A DNA stretch of 64,000 nt from Nitrospirota bacterium (GTDB lineage: Bacteria > Nitrospirota > UBA9217), in contig CAVVOB010000030.1 in NCBI GenBank assembly GCA_963749655.1, positions 32,001 through 96,000 of the forward strand, written 5' to 3'. The notes beneath the pieces are model-generated. The model saw only the letters and a list, made by a program, of their open reading frames with translations. It was not told where the DNA came from and ran no database searches. The position numbers and the translations under genes were made by a program. Positions within the stretch are counted from its first letter, which is position 1. Each line of letters begins with the position of its first letter. Positions 51,985 through 60,608 of the stretch are shown piece after piece.

Positions 51985-52962
51985 ATGCCACGTCAGGCGA
52001 GATTAGATGTCCCCGGCGCGCTCCATCACATCATGGTGCGGGGGAATGACAAAACGAAAATATTCAGAGACGACGAAGACAAGGCGCGTTTTCTCGAACG
52101 TCTTGGTCAAAACATTGAGGAGGGAAAGAGCGCTGTTTATGCTTGGGTGCTCATGGACAACCACATTCATATCCTCTTCAAAAGCGGGGAAGACGGCATC
52201 TCGACCGTCATGAGAAAACTCCTCACTTGGTATGCCCAGTATTTCAATCGCAGGCACGGCCGAACCGGCCATTTGTTTGAAAATCGCTATAAATCTATCC
52301 TCTGCGATGAAGACAACTATCTGCTTGCCCTTATTCGATATATTCATCTTAACCCTGTCCGCGCGAAGCTTGTAGCGAACCTTGAGCAATTGGACCGCTA
52401 TCGTTGGACCGGCCACAGAGCGATCATCGGAAAGATGAGTCATGCATGGATGGACGTTGATCGAGTTCTGGCCGAGTTTGGATCGACCCGGCGTAAGGCA
52501 CTGCATGAGTATCGTCGTTTCATGCAGGAGGGCTTTGGTCAGGGGCGGCTGCCGGAACTTACCGGGGGCGGTTTGATAAGAAGCAAGGGCGGCTGGTCGC
52601 AAGTTCTCTCGTCGCGGCGAAGCGGACAAAGGGATGAATACGATGAGCGTATATTGGGCAGTGGCGACTTCGTGAATAGCATCCTGAAAGAAACAGAAGA
52701 AAAAACGAAGCATCAATTGAAACTCCGGCGAAGCGGCAGGACGCTCGCCTCAATCGTCGAGGAAGAATGTAAAAAAGGGGTGATAAGTCCGAACGAACTC
52801 AAAGGCGGCGGGCGTCGCAGAAAGATAAGCGAACTCAGAACAACGATAGCCAAAAGAGGAAGGGATGAGCTTGGTTTATCGCTTGCAGAAATTGCGCGGC
52901 ATGTGGGAGTGAATACGTCGAGCATCCGCAAGGCAATTTTAAAAAGGGAAGGGACGAAATAG
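51985..52962 (+). CDS. REP-associated tyrosine transposase (HUH Y1) with C-terminal DnaA-C-like HTH
   Basis: MPRQAR...HHIMVRGN, YAWVLMDNHIHIL, YFNRRHGRTGHLFENRY, RYIHLNPVRA, LSLAEIARHVG. Confidence 0.92.
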   Translation: MPRQARLDVPGALHHIMVRGNDKTKIFRDDEDKARFLERLGQNIEEGKSAVYAWVLMDNHIHILFKSGEDGISTVMRKLLTWYAQYFNRRHGRTGHLFENRYKSILCDEDNYLLALIRYIHLNPVRAKLVANLEQLDRYRWTGHRAIIGKMSHAWMDVDRVLAEFGSTRRKALHEYRRFMQEGFGQGRLPELTGGGLIRSKGGWSQVLSSRRSGQRDEYDERILGSGDFVNSILKETEEKTKHQLKLRRSGRTLASIVEEECKKGVISPNELKGGGRRRKISELRTTIAKRGRDELGLSLAEIARHVGVNTSSIRKAILKREGTK

Positions 52963-53662
52963 AAGGTATGGCCATCAATGACACTCGGGACACAACGTCC
53001 CCGAAGTTGCGCTATTCCGAAAGGATCATTGATAAGTGAGATCGATGTCCTCATTGAAACAGATATTGCTGCTCGTCCCCATCGGCTTGTTCTTGAATGC
53101 TTGCGGGCCAAGTAATCTTCATATTGCTGCGTACAGAGGCAATAATCAGGATGTTTTATCACTTATAGCCACTGGTAAAGATATTAACGAAAAAGGGGAC
53201 AATGGTTGGACCCCGCTTATAATTGCGGCCATTAAGGGGCATACTGACACTGTAAAAATATTATTAGAAAAGGGAGCTGATATTGATGCACGAGATATCG
53301 ATGGGAGAACAGCATTGATGTATGCCGTAATTTTTGGACGTGAAAAGGCAACCAAATTGCTTCTGGAAAAGGGGGCTAATCCAAACGTAAAAGGTAAAGG
53401 ATTTACCCCCCTGATTCTTTCAATAAATGCAGGACAATCGGATATTGCTTTAATTCTTCTTTTTCACGGCGCAGACCCTAACTTAAAATACTCGATCGAT
53501 AATATGAATCTTACAGCTCTCATGATAGCGGCCAATAAAGGTGATGTTAAGGTCGCACGCGAACTAATTAAGAAGGGCGTAGATATAAATGTCAGAACAA
53601 TTATGGGGCTTTCCGCTTTAGACTATGCGAAAAATAAGGGTAATGCCGAAATGATTAAGATG

Positions 53663-54720
53663 CCACATTCAACTTTGAAGTGCAACGATTGAGCGAGCAA
53701 CTTCCAGGGGTGTTTTGAACCCCAGACATTTTCTCGCCGATTGTTAATCAGCCGCTCGATTCTTTTTATCTGATCTTTGTCAATCTTACTGAAGTCAGTG
53801 CCCTTTGGCAAGTAGCGACGAATGAGACCATTGATCTGCTCATTTGACCCACGCTGCCAGGACGCATAGGGATCAGCGAAGTAGCATTTAAGACCAAGTG
53901 CGGCTGTCAGCTTTGCGTGATCGGCATTCTCGGTGCCATTATCCAGCGTGAGCGTTCGCCTTCCCTCTGCAGGCAGTTTACGAAGCGCACGGGTAACTGC
54001 CTTATTCGTTTCGGCAGCAGTCTTGCCTTTGAGCTTCGAGAGTCGAAGGAGTCGAGTCGTCCGTTCGGTCAGGCTATGCAAGGCTGCTTTACTGCTGCGG
54101 GAGATTAGAGTATCCCCCTCCCAATGACCAGCTTGTTTCCGGTGGTCAGCAGCCTTCGGCCTGGCATCAATGGAAATCCTACAGGGAATCTTGGTTTTTC
54201 TCACTTTTCTCCCTTTGCCCTTAATGCGGCGTTTCCGATGGGCGCGACAGAGTTGGGAGATAAGTTGCTCACGATCGGGAGTGTCCTGATGGTAAATGAA
54301 CTGGTAGATCGCCTCATGGCTGATCGACTGACCGGTTTTCTTTAAACGACCAGCGATGATCTCCGGTGACCAACCCAGCTTCAGCTTTCGCCTGACGTAT
54401 TGCTGAATCTTCTTGCTCTTCAGCAAGGGCCTGCTATGACGTGCTGTTAGCTTTCTCTCAGCAGACCGCTTGTGAGCCTGACACGGCGTATAGCAGCAGT
54501 ACTCAGTCGAAGCGTTTCGACTCAGCTCCCGAGAGATCGTTCCCTTATCGCGGTCGATCATCCGGGCAATTTCGGAGGGGCCTTTGCCCTCCCAATGCAT
54601 TGATGCTATGAGCTCTCGCTCAGCTTCGGTAAGTTGAACATAGGTTTTTGACATGGCCACTTAGGATAGCAGATTCCTTCCTGCCCTCCCAAGTGTTGCA
54701 CTTCACAATTGAACTTGCGG
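53663..54720 (-). mobile_element. IS30-family insertion sequence (1058 bp) with 3-bp ATG target duplication
   Basis: Imperfect IRs ccacattcaactttgaagtgcaac / gttgcacttcacaattgaacttgcgg; ATG at 53660-53662 and 54721-54723. Confidence 0.9.
53669..54660 (-). CDS. IS30-family DDE transposase (apparent 1-bp deletion near 53737)
   Basis: TISRELSRN, WSPEIIAG, ISHEAIY, GHWEGDT, TLDNGTE, PYASWQRGSNEQINGLIRRYLPKG; restoring NRPRKCLGFKTP gives a stop at 53669. Confidence 0.92.
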
Positions 54721-54995
54721 ATGTTACTAGAGGCTGGCGCGCTCGAATTTAACAAGCGTGTTGAGTAATTTCGATGAATTTTCTCCTCCACCAGACAGGT
54801 CGGTAGGCCTAAACAAAATAGGGGCCATTGATAGGTGACGTGTTTTCATCTTCCTTGCTGGTATTGACATGTCAGCTCTCTTTGCTCGCTTATTTTAACG
54901 GTAATTGGTAGTTTTTCTACTCTTGCATATCACCCCCATAGCAGCATGTGTAACCACAAGATTGCTGTTTGTCCGCCGCATAACCCTGATTCCGT

Positions 54996-55024
54996 TTGAC
55001 ACCCTTTCCGCAAACTTCTATAAT
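54996..55024 (+). promoter_or_regulatory. Consensus sigma70 promoter upstream of radC
   Basis: TTGACA-17-TATAAT. Confidence 0.75.
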
Positions 55025-55062
55025 CTTACGAATCTTGACAGTACATGCGCGGAGGATTCCCC

Positions 55063-55776
55063 ATGCCTGAGAACCGCAGAAAAAGCGTCAAGGAATGGCC
55101 CGAAGACGAACGTCCGAGGGAGCGGCTCCTGAAGCACGGACCGGCCGCTCTTTCCGATGCGCAGCTGCTTGCCATCATCATCCGGAACGGCAGGGGCGGC
55201 CGGTCCGCAGTCGATCTGGGCATGGAGCTTCTGGAAAAGTTCGGCGGCCTGGACGGCATCGCGCAGGCGGGCATCAACGAGATCTGCGGCAAGGACGGCG
55301 TCAAGGGCATCGGACCGGCCAAGGCCGCGGAGATCAGGGCCGCAATCGAGCTCGGACGGCGGTATCAGAAGCCGAACCTGGCAGGCGCTTCCTTCTGCTC
55401 CAGCGAAGACGTGGCCTCTTACTATCGCCCGCGCATGAAGGACCTCAAAAAAGAAGTCTTCAGATGCGCGCTCCTTGACGTCAAGAACAGGATCATCCGC
55501 GACGAGATAGTCTCGATCGGCAGCCTCACTGCGTCCATCGTCCATCCCCGCGACACGTTCAAGACCGCCATCCGAGAGTCGGCAGCCGCCGTCATCTTCA
55601 TTCATAATCATCCCAGCGGCGACATCCGGCCGAGCCAGGAAGACATCCTGCTGACCCGGCGCCTTACCCAGGCCGGGGAAGTGATCGGCATCCAGGTGCT
55701 CGACCATATCATCGTGGGCGATCAGAATTATTTCAGTTTCCGCGACAACGGATTGATCAACAAGACCGGTCCCTGA
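55063..55776 (+). CDS. radC: RadC/JAB-domain protein
   Basis: RPRERLL, KGIGPAKA, SIVHPRD, HNHPSGD..PSQED, LDHIIVG. Confidence 0.95.
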   Translation: MPENRRKSVKEWPEDERPRERLLKHGPAALSDAQLLAIIIRNGRGGRSAVDLGMELLEKFGGLDGIAQAGINEICGKDGVKGIGPAKAAEIRAAIELGRRYQKPNLAGASFCSSEDVASYYRPRMKDLKKEVFRCALLDVKNRIIRDEIVSIGSLTASIVHPRDTFKTAIRESAAAVIFIHNHPSGDIRPSQEDILLTRRLTQAGEVIGIQVLDHIIVGDQNYFSFRDNGLINKTGP

Positions 55777-55906
55777 TCAAAGGAAACATGCGGTTTTTCC
55801 GCGGCAGAACAGGCGGATTTTTGATACAATTAATTCAATACACACCAATTGGACGGCAGTACATCACAGACCGTTGTCCTCTATCCCCCCTTTACAGGAG
55901 GTTGTC

Positions 55907-56305
55907 GTGAAAGCGTGCTTTGGATTGATGGTTTTCATGCTGTGTCTGGCCTGGTCCATGCCTGTTTTTGCCGAACAGGTCTCCCACCACGGGACCACGG
56001 CGGAAGTCAACGGCAAGGCCGTGATATGCATCTCCTGCCATGACGGCTCCCTGGCGCACGTCGTATCATACTGCACGGTAAAGTGCGATTTCAGCACATC
56101 CCATGCCATTTTAAAACGCTATCCTCCCCCCGGAAAGGAGCGTGACTATGCACCGGCCGGCGTACTGGCAGCGGAAGGCATCAAGCTCGAGAGGGACCAG
56201 GTCACCTGCATCTCCTGCCACGATCTGAAAAATCCGGGGGAAAATCACCTCGTCAGGGCTAAAAGCGGAAAGAACCTCTGCAGGATCTGTCATGTCAGAC
56301 AGTGA
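55907..56305 (+). CDS. Small periplasmic multiheme cytochrome c (3 CxxCH)
   Basis: Signal peptide; CISCH, CISCH, CRICH; AGGAGG before GTG. Confidence 0.85.
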   Translation: MKACFGLMVFMLCLAWSMPVFAEQVSHHGTTAEVNGKAVICISCHDGSLAHVVSYCTVKCDFSTSHAILKRYPPPGKERDYAPAGVLAAEGIKLERDQVTCISCHDLKNPGENHLVRAKSGKNLCRICHVRQ

Positions 56306-56490
56306 AGAGTGCCGCTCCGGCATGCTTTTCGCAAATGACCGCAAGAGGTCCCCAGTTTTTTTCTGATGAAAACAATCCCCCGTTGTTCGCTATGCATCCG
56401 AAACGGAGCGAGACGAGTGCCCGGTCGTGCGGCCTGCCGGATGTCGCTGCCGGGAGCGTGAAATTGCCGATGTCCGCCTGAACGCCTATT

Positions 56491-57744
56491 ATGCACAACG
56501 ATCTGATGATCATTATAATTGTTTCGATAATAGCTTCCCTGGTGTGCTGCATTGTTTTGTTCCTCGGCGCGAGCGTTGTGCGCAGGATATGGAACGACCG
56601 CAGGTACGAAGAACTTGACACCCTTCGGCGGGAGTTCCGGCTCCGTATCGCCCCTCTGCTCGATGAGAGGGGCAAGGGGGGGGGCGCGGGTCTGTGTGCC
56701 CCGAGAGGCTCGCTTGCGTGGCAGGCGCTCGAAGAAGTGCTTTTGGAGGCGGCAGATCGCGAGACCCGCGGCAATTCCCTTGCAGGATTATTCATCCGGC
56801 TCGGATACGTCGCCTTTTATGAAGACCGTCTTCGCAGCAGAAATGTCCTGATCCGGGCATCAGCCATCGACAAGCTCGGCAGAATGCGGTCCCCGTCATC
56901 TACACCGAAGCTCCTGCCTTTTCTCGATACGGCAAATCCCGAACTCCTGTCGGTAACAGTCCGTGCACTCAGCAGAATAGGCGCGCAGGAGGGGCTCGCC
57001 TCTATCGTGCAGCGCCTGCCGGACCTGCTCACGAAATCACTCGTGACGCGCAAGACCATGGAGACCGCGCTCCTCAACTTCGGCGCAGCGGCAATTGCGC
57101 CTCTTATCGCCGGCAACCTTGAACAGGCGGACCCCTGGGTCGCATCCTGCGTGCTGGAGACGCTGTCCCATCTTCAGCCGGACAGCCGGTCGGTGCAGAT
57201 GGCGATCACGCACCTCCAAAGCCCGAATCCCGAGGTGAGGAGCAAAGCGCTGAAAGTTCTCGGGCGTTCCGGTCAGATCCTGCCGGCGAACGCTGCTGAT
57301 TACATCCTTCCGCTTCTCGACGACCCGGTCTGGTTCGTCCGGCTCCAGGCGATCAAGTCCGCGGGCGCTGTGGGCGGCGCGGCGGTCGCAGTACCGCTGG
57401 GCAAGCTCCTGTTCGACACAAACTGGCACGTGCGGAGCGAGGCCGTGCTTGTTCTGGCGCGGTTCGGCGACAGTGTCGTTGATGTGTTCCTTGACGCGCT
57501 GAGGACCGATGATGTCTATGCCAAAGAAAGCATCTGCGAGGAGATCGAGATCACCGGGTTCGCGGACAGGCTCATCGAACACCTTGACGGCCGGGGCCGC
57601 ATGCGGACGACGTCCGGTGAAATTCTGCGGATCATGCATTCCCGCCGCTTCTCCTCCCCTTTGACGACGTATCTGGAAACCGGGCAAAACGAGCGGATCA
57701 AGACTGAAGTGAGAACCTTGCTGGCTGAAGGCGCGAGGTCATGA
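56491..57744 (+). CDS. Membrane-anchored HEAT-repeat protein
   Basis: N-terminal TM; IRASAIDKLG, EVRSKALKVLG, LDDPVWFVRLQA, WHVRSEA. Confidence 0.88.
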   Translation: MHNDLMIIIIVSIIASLVCCIVLFLGASVVRRIWNDRRYEELDTLRREFRLRIAPLLDERGKGGGAGLCAPRGSLAWQALEEVLLEAADRETRGNSLAGLFIRLGYVAFYEDRLRSRNVLIRASAIDKLGRMRSPSSTPKLLPFLDTANPELLSVTVRALSRIGAQEGLASIVQRLPDLLTKSLVTRKTMETALLNFGAAAIAPLIAGNLEQADPWVASCVLETLSHLQPDSRSVQMAITHLQSPNPEVRSKALKVLGRSGQILPANAADYILPLLDDPVWFVRLQAIKSAGAVGGAAVAVPLGKLLFDTNWHVRSEAVLVLARFGDSVVDVFLDALRTDDVYAKESICEEIEITGFADRLIEHLDGRGRMRTTSGEILRIMHSRRFSSPLTTYLETGQNERIKTEVRTLLAEGARS

Positions 57745-59198
57745 AAAGCGCGGCAATAACGTTCATTATCTGGTTCAATTACTTCGTCGGAGCATATTTC
57801 GGCGTGGTGAATACGATCTACGCCTGTCTTCTGGCGCTGGCGCTGGTCGCCATTCTGCGCCATATCCGGCGCATCAAATATTCGCCCCACAGAGATTTTC
57901 ATTCCTCCCCGGAAACGCCGCCAGTCTCGATCCTGATACCGCTCCATAACGAAGAGAAGATCGTCGTCAGGAGCATCCGTGCGGCGCTTGCCGGCACCTA
58001 CCCGTCCTTCGAAGTGATCGCGATCAATGACGGATCCCAGGACGGGACCCTGCAGGCCGTTATCCGGGAATTCCGCCTCAGGAAGGTCGACCGGGTGTAC
58101 CGGAGCTTTCTCCGGACCGAGGCGGTCAAGGACTTCTATGCCAGTAATGAGACTCCCCACCTCCTGGTCATCGACAAGGAACAGGGAGGAAAGGCCGACG
58201 CGCTCAATTGCGGCATCAATGTGTCCCGTTCTCCCTACTTCTGTTCGGTTGATGCGGATTCCCTGCTGGAGAAAGACGCCCTTATCAGGCTCATGACGCC
58301 TGTCCTGGAAAGTCACGTGCCGGTGGTCGCCTGCGGAGGAGTTGTCCGCGTTTTGAACGGCGTTCAGCTTAAGGACGAGATCTCCATCGGGGAGATCGAG
58401 CTTCCCGACCGGCCGATAGCCCTCTTCCAGATCGTCGAATATCTTCGCGGATTCCTGTTCGGCCGGGTGGGGTGGGACGCCCTGAACTCCCTGCTGATCA
58501 TCTCGGGAACGTTCTCGTTGTTTATGAAACAGGCCATCATCGAGGCGGGAGGGTTCAGAATCGGGAATGTATCGGAGGACATGGAGATCATCGTGCGGCT
58601 CCACCGGCTGCGGATGCAGCAGGGCAGACCGTACAGGATCCGCTTCATATCCGATCCGATCTGCTGGACCGAAGCGCCGGAAAAGCTCGGGATGCTGGCC
58701 CGGCAGCGCAGACGCTGGCACCTCGGGCTGATGCAGAGCCTGTGGCAGCACCGCGGCATGTTCCTGAATCCGCGGTACGGGCGCATCGGCATGATCGTGA
58801 TGCCTTATTACCTCCTCTTCGAAGTCCTCGGTCCCGTTATCGAAGTGGTCGGGTACATCGCGGTATTCCTGTCCTATCTTCTGGGTATGCTCGACACCCG
58901 GTTTCTCATGCTCTTCTTCACCCTGGCCATCTTCTACGGCGTATTCCTCTCGACGGCCGGAATATTCCTCGAAGAGCTTACCTACCGCAGGTATCCCGCA
59001 TGGAGGCACATGTTCCGCCTCCTGCTGTACGGCGTGTTCGAGAATTTCGGCTACCGGCAGATCAATTCCTTCTGGAGACTCCAGGCGGCATTCAATTATG
59101 TGACCGGCAGGACCAGCTGGGAATATGTCCAGCACAAAGGAAGCGCTTCTGCGAAACCCGATCGAATTGCGTCCGGGACGGTTCCTCAGACCCGCTGA
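57741..59198 (+). CDS. Processive GT2 glycosyltransferase (PgaC/cellulose-synthase-like)
   Basis: INDGS, GGKADALN, VDADS, SED, QRRRW; N- and C-terminal TMs; overlaps upstream stop (ATGA). Confidence 0.92.
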   Translation: MKSAAITFIIWFNYFVGAYFGVVNTIYACLLALALVAILRHIRRIKYSPHRDFHSSPETPPVSILIPLHNEEKIVVRSIRAALAGTYPSFEVIAINDGSQDGTLQAVIREFRLRKVDRVYRSFLRTEAVKDFYASNETPHLLVIDKEQGGKADALNCGINVSRSPYFCSVDADSLLEKDALIRLMTPVLESHVPVVACGGVVRVLNGVQLKDEISIGEIELPDRPIALFQIVEYLRGFLFGRVGWDALNSLLIISGTFSLFMKQAIIEAGGFRIGNVSEDMEIIVRLHRLRMQQGRPYRIRFISDPICWTEAPEKLGMLARQRRRWHLGLMQSLWQHRGMFLNPRYGRIGMIVMPYYLLFEVLGPVIEVVGYIAVFLSYLLGMLDTRFLMLFFTLAIFYGVFLSTAGIFLEELTYRRYPAWRHMFRLLLYGVFENFGYRQINSFWRLQAAFNYVTGRTSWEYVQHKGSASAKPDRIASGTVPQTR

Positions 59199-59294
59199 GG
59201 CGGACGGCTCCGGCGGGACGAGAACCACAGCGCGGCCATCGGAGAGCTGTAGCGGGCAGGCAATCATTTCCCACACGAGGGAGCAATCTCCGCT

Positions 59295-60596
59295 ATGATG
59301 ATCCTTCTTGCAATAAGCCTCGTCGCTGCAATCGCGGACGGCGACGCCGCCATGACGAAAGGCGATTATGAGACTGCCGCGCACTCTTATCGCGCGGAGG
59401 CTGACGCCCATCCGGAATCCTATGACGTAAAGTTCAAGCTGGCGCGGGCCCTTTCGTTCTCGAACCACCGCGAGGAGGCAGTGAAGATATATACGGAACT
59501 GCTTGCGGAGAGTCCGGAGAATTCCGATCTGCTCCTTGCACGCGGCCGAACGTATGCGTGGGATGGCCGCTGGGCCGAGGCGGAAAAAGATTTGAGGGCG
59601 GTCACAACGCGGCTGCCGGCTTACGGCGATGCCTGGTCCGCCCTGGGAGATGTCTATCTCTGGAGCGATCGCCCAGCCGACGCTGTGAGCGCATACGGGA
59701 AATGGATAGCGGCAAGCCCCGATGATCCCCGGGCCTCTATTGCCCGGGCCCGGGCCCGGCGTGCGGCCGGAGACACGGCCCTGGCCCGCGCGGATTTTGA
59801 AGCGGCGCGGACCCACGGGGCGCCCGACAGCGAGATCGACGAATATCTTTCCACACTTCAGCGGCGGGTCGAGCCCGAAGCTGCGTCGCCCGCTCAGTAC
59901 CAATGGCTGCTGAACCTGTCGGCGGGTACGAGCAGGTTCTCGCCGGTTACCGGCGAATGGAACTATTATGACGCTTCGCTCCGCCGTTACTGGAAAACCG
60001 CGTCCCTGGCCTTCGAATACCTTGAATCCCAGCGGTTCCAGACCGAAGATCACGCCTTTGCGCTCGATGCCTATGTTGACGTCTGGCCGCGCGCCTATGC
60101 GAACCTGCGGATGCAGTATGGACCCCGCGCCGTGCTTTTCCCGAATGACGCCTACCGCGCCGAATTGTTTCAGGGGGTCGGCAAGGGGTGGGAGCTTTCC
60201 GCGAGCTACGACCACATGGACTTCGGGGAAACGAATGTGGACATGTACGGAGCAGGCCTGGGGAAATACATCGGAGACTGGTATCTCCGGTGGAAGGTCC
60301 TTCTGATCCCCGCGCCGGCGAACACGCTGGCAGTATCTCACCGGTATCTCGTCCGGTATTACTATGCCGGCAACGGCGACGACTACATCGAGGCGAACGG
60401 CGGTTACGGCGAGGGCGGCGAGTATTTCCAGGGCACGGGGATCATCGAGACGGCAAGGAACCACGGCTACGGAGCGGCCTTCCAGAAATATGTTACCCCG
60501 CAGTGGGGCTTCAAGGTGACGGCCGGCTACGGGGAGAACAATGTCTATCCCTTTACGGAACGGTATGTTTCGGCCAATCTTTTGAGGCGTTGGTGA
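59295..60596 (+). CDS. TPR plus YaiO-family outer-membrane beta-barrel
   Basis: N-terminal TPRs (LARALSF, LARGRTYAW); beta-strand C-terminus ending in W. Confidence 0.85.
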   Translation: MMILLAISLVAAIADGDAAMTKGDYETAAHSYRAEADAHPESYDVKFKLARALSFSNHREEAVKIYTELLAESPENSDLLLARGRTYAWDGRWAEAEKDLRAVTTRLPAYGDAWSALGDVYLWSDRPADAVSAYGKWIAASPDDPRASIARARARRAAGDTALARADFEAARTHGAPDSEIDEYLSTLQRRVEPEAASPAQYQWLLNLSAGTSRFSPVTGEWNYYDASLRRYWKTASLAFEYLESQRFQTEDHAFALDAYVDVWPRAYANLRMQYGPRAVLFPNDAYRAELFQGVGKGWELSASYDHMDFGETNVDMYGAGLGKYIGDWYLRWKVLLIPAPANTLAVSHRYLVRYYYAGNGDDYIEANGGYGEGGEYFQGTGIIETARNHGYGAAFQKYVTPQWGFKVTAGYGENNVYPFTERYVSANLLRRW

Positions 60597-60608
60597 AAAA
60601 CCTGTGAT

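Larger units (their letters stand above)
51920..53002 (+). mobile_element. RAYT element bounded by 26-bp inverted repeats
   Basis: ggggacgttgtgtccggagtgtcatt (51920-51945) and aatgacactcgggacacaacgtcccc (52977-53002), 1 mismatch. Confidence 0.85.
53045..54768 (+). pseudogene. Ankyrin-repeat lipoprotein interrupted near its C-terminus by IS30
   Basis: LNAC lipobox; GWTPLIIAA, GRTALMYA, GFTPLIL repeats; ...AEMIKM resumes at 54721 as (M)LLEAGALEFNKRVE*. Confidence 0.85.
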
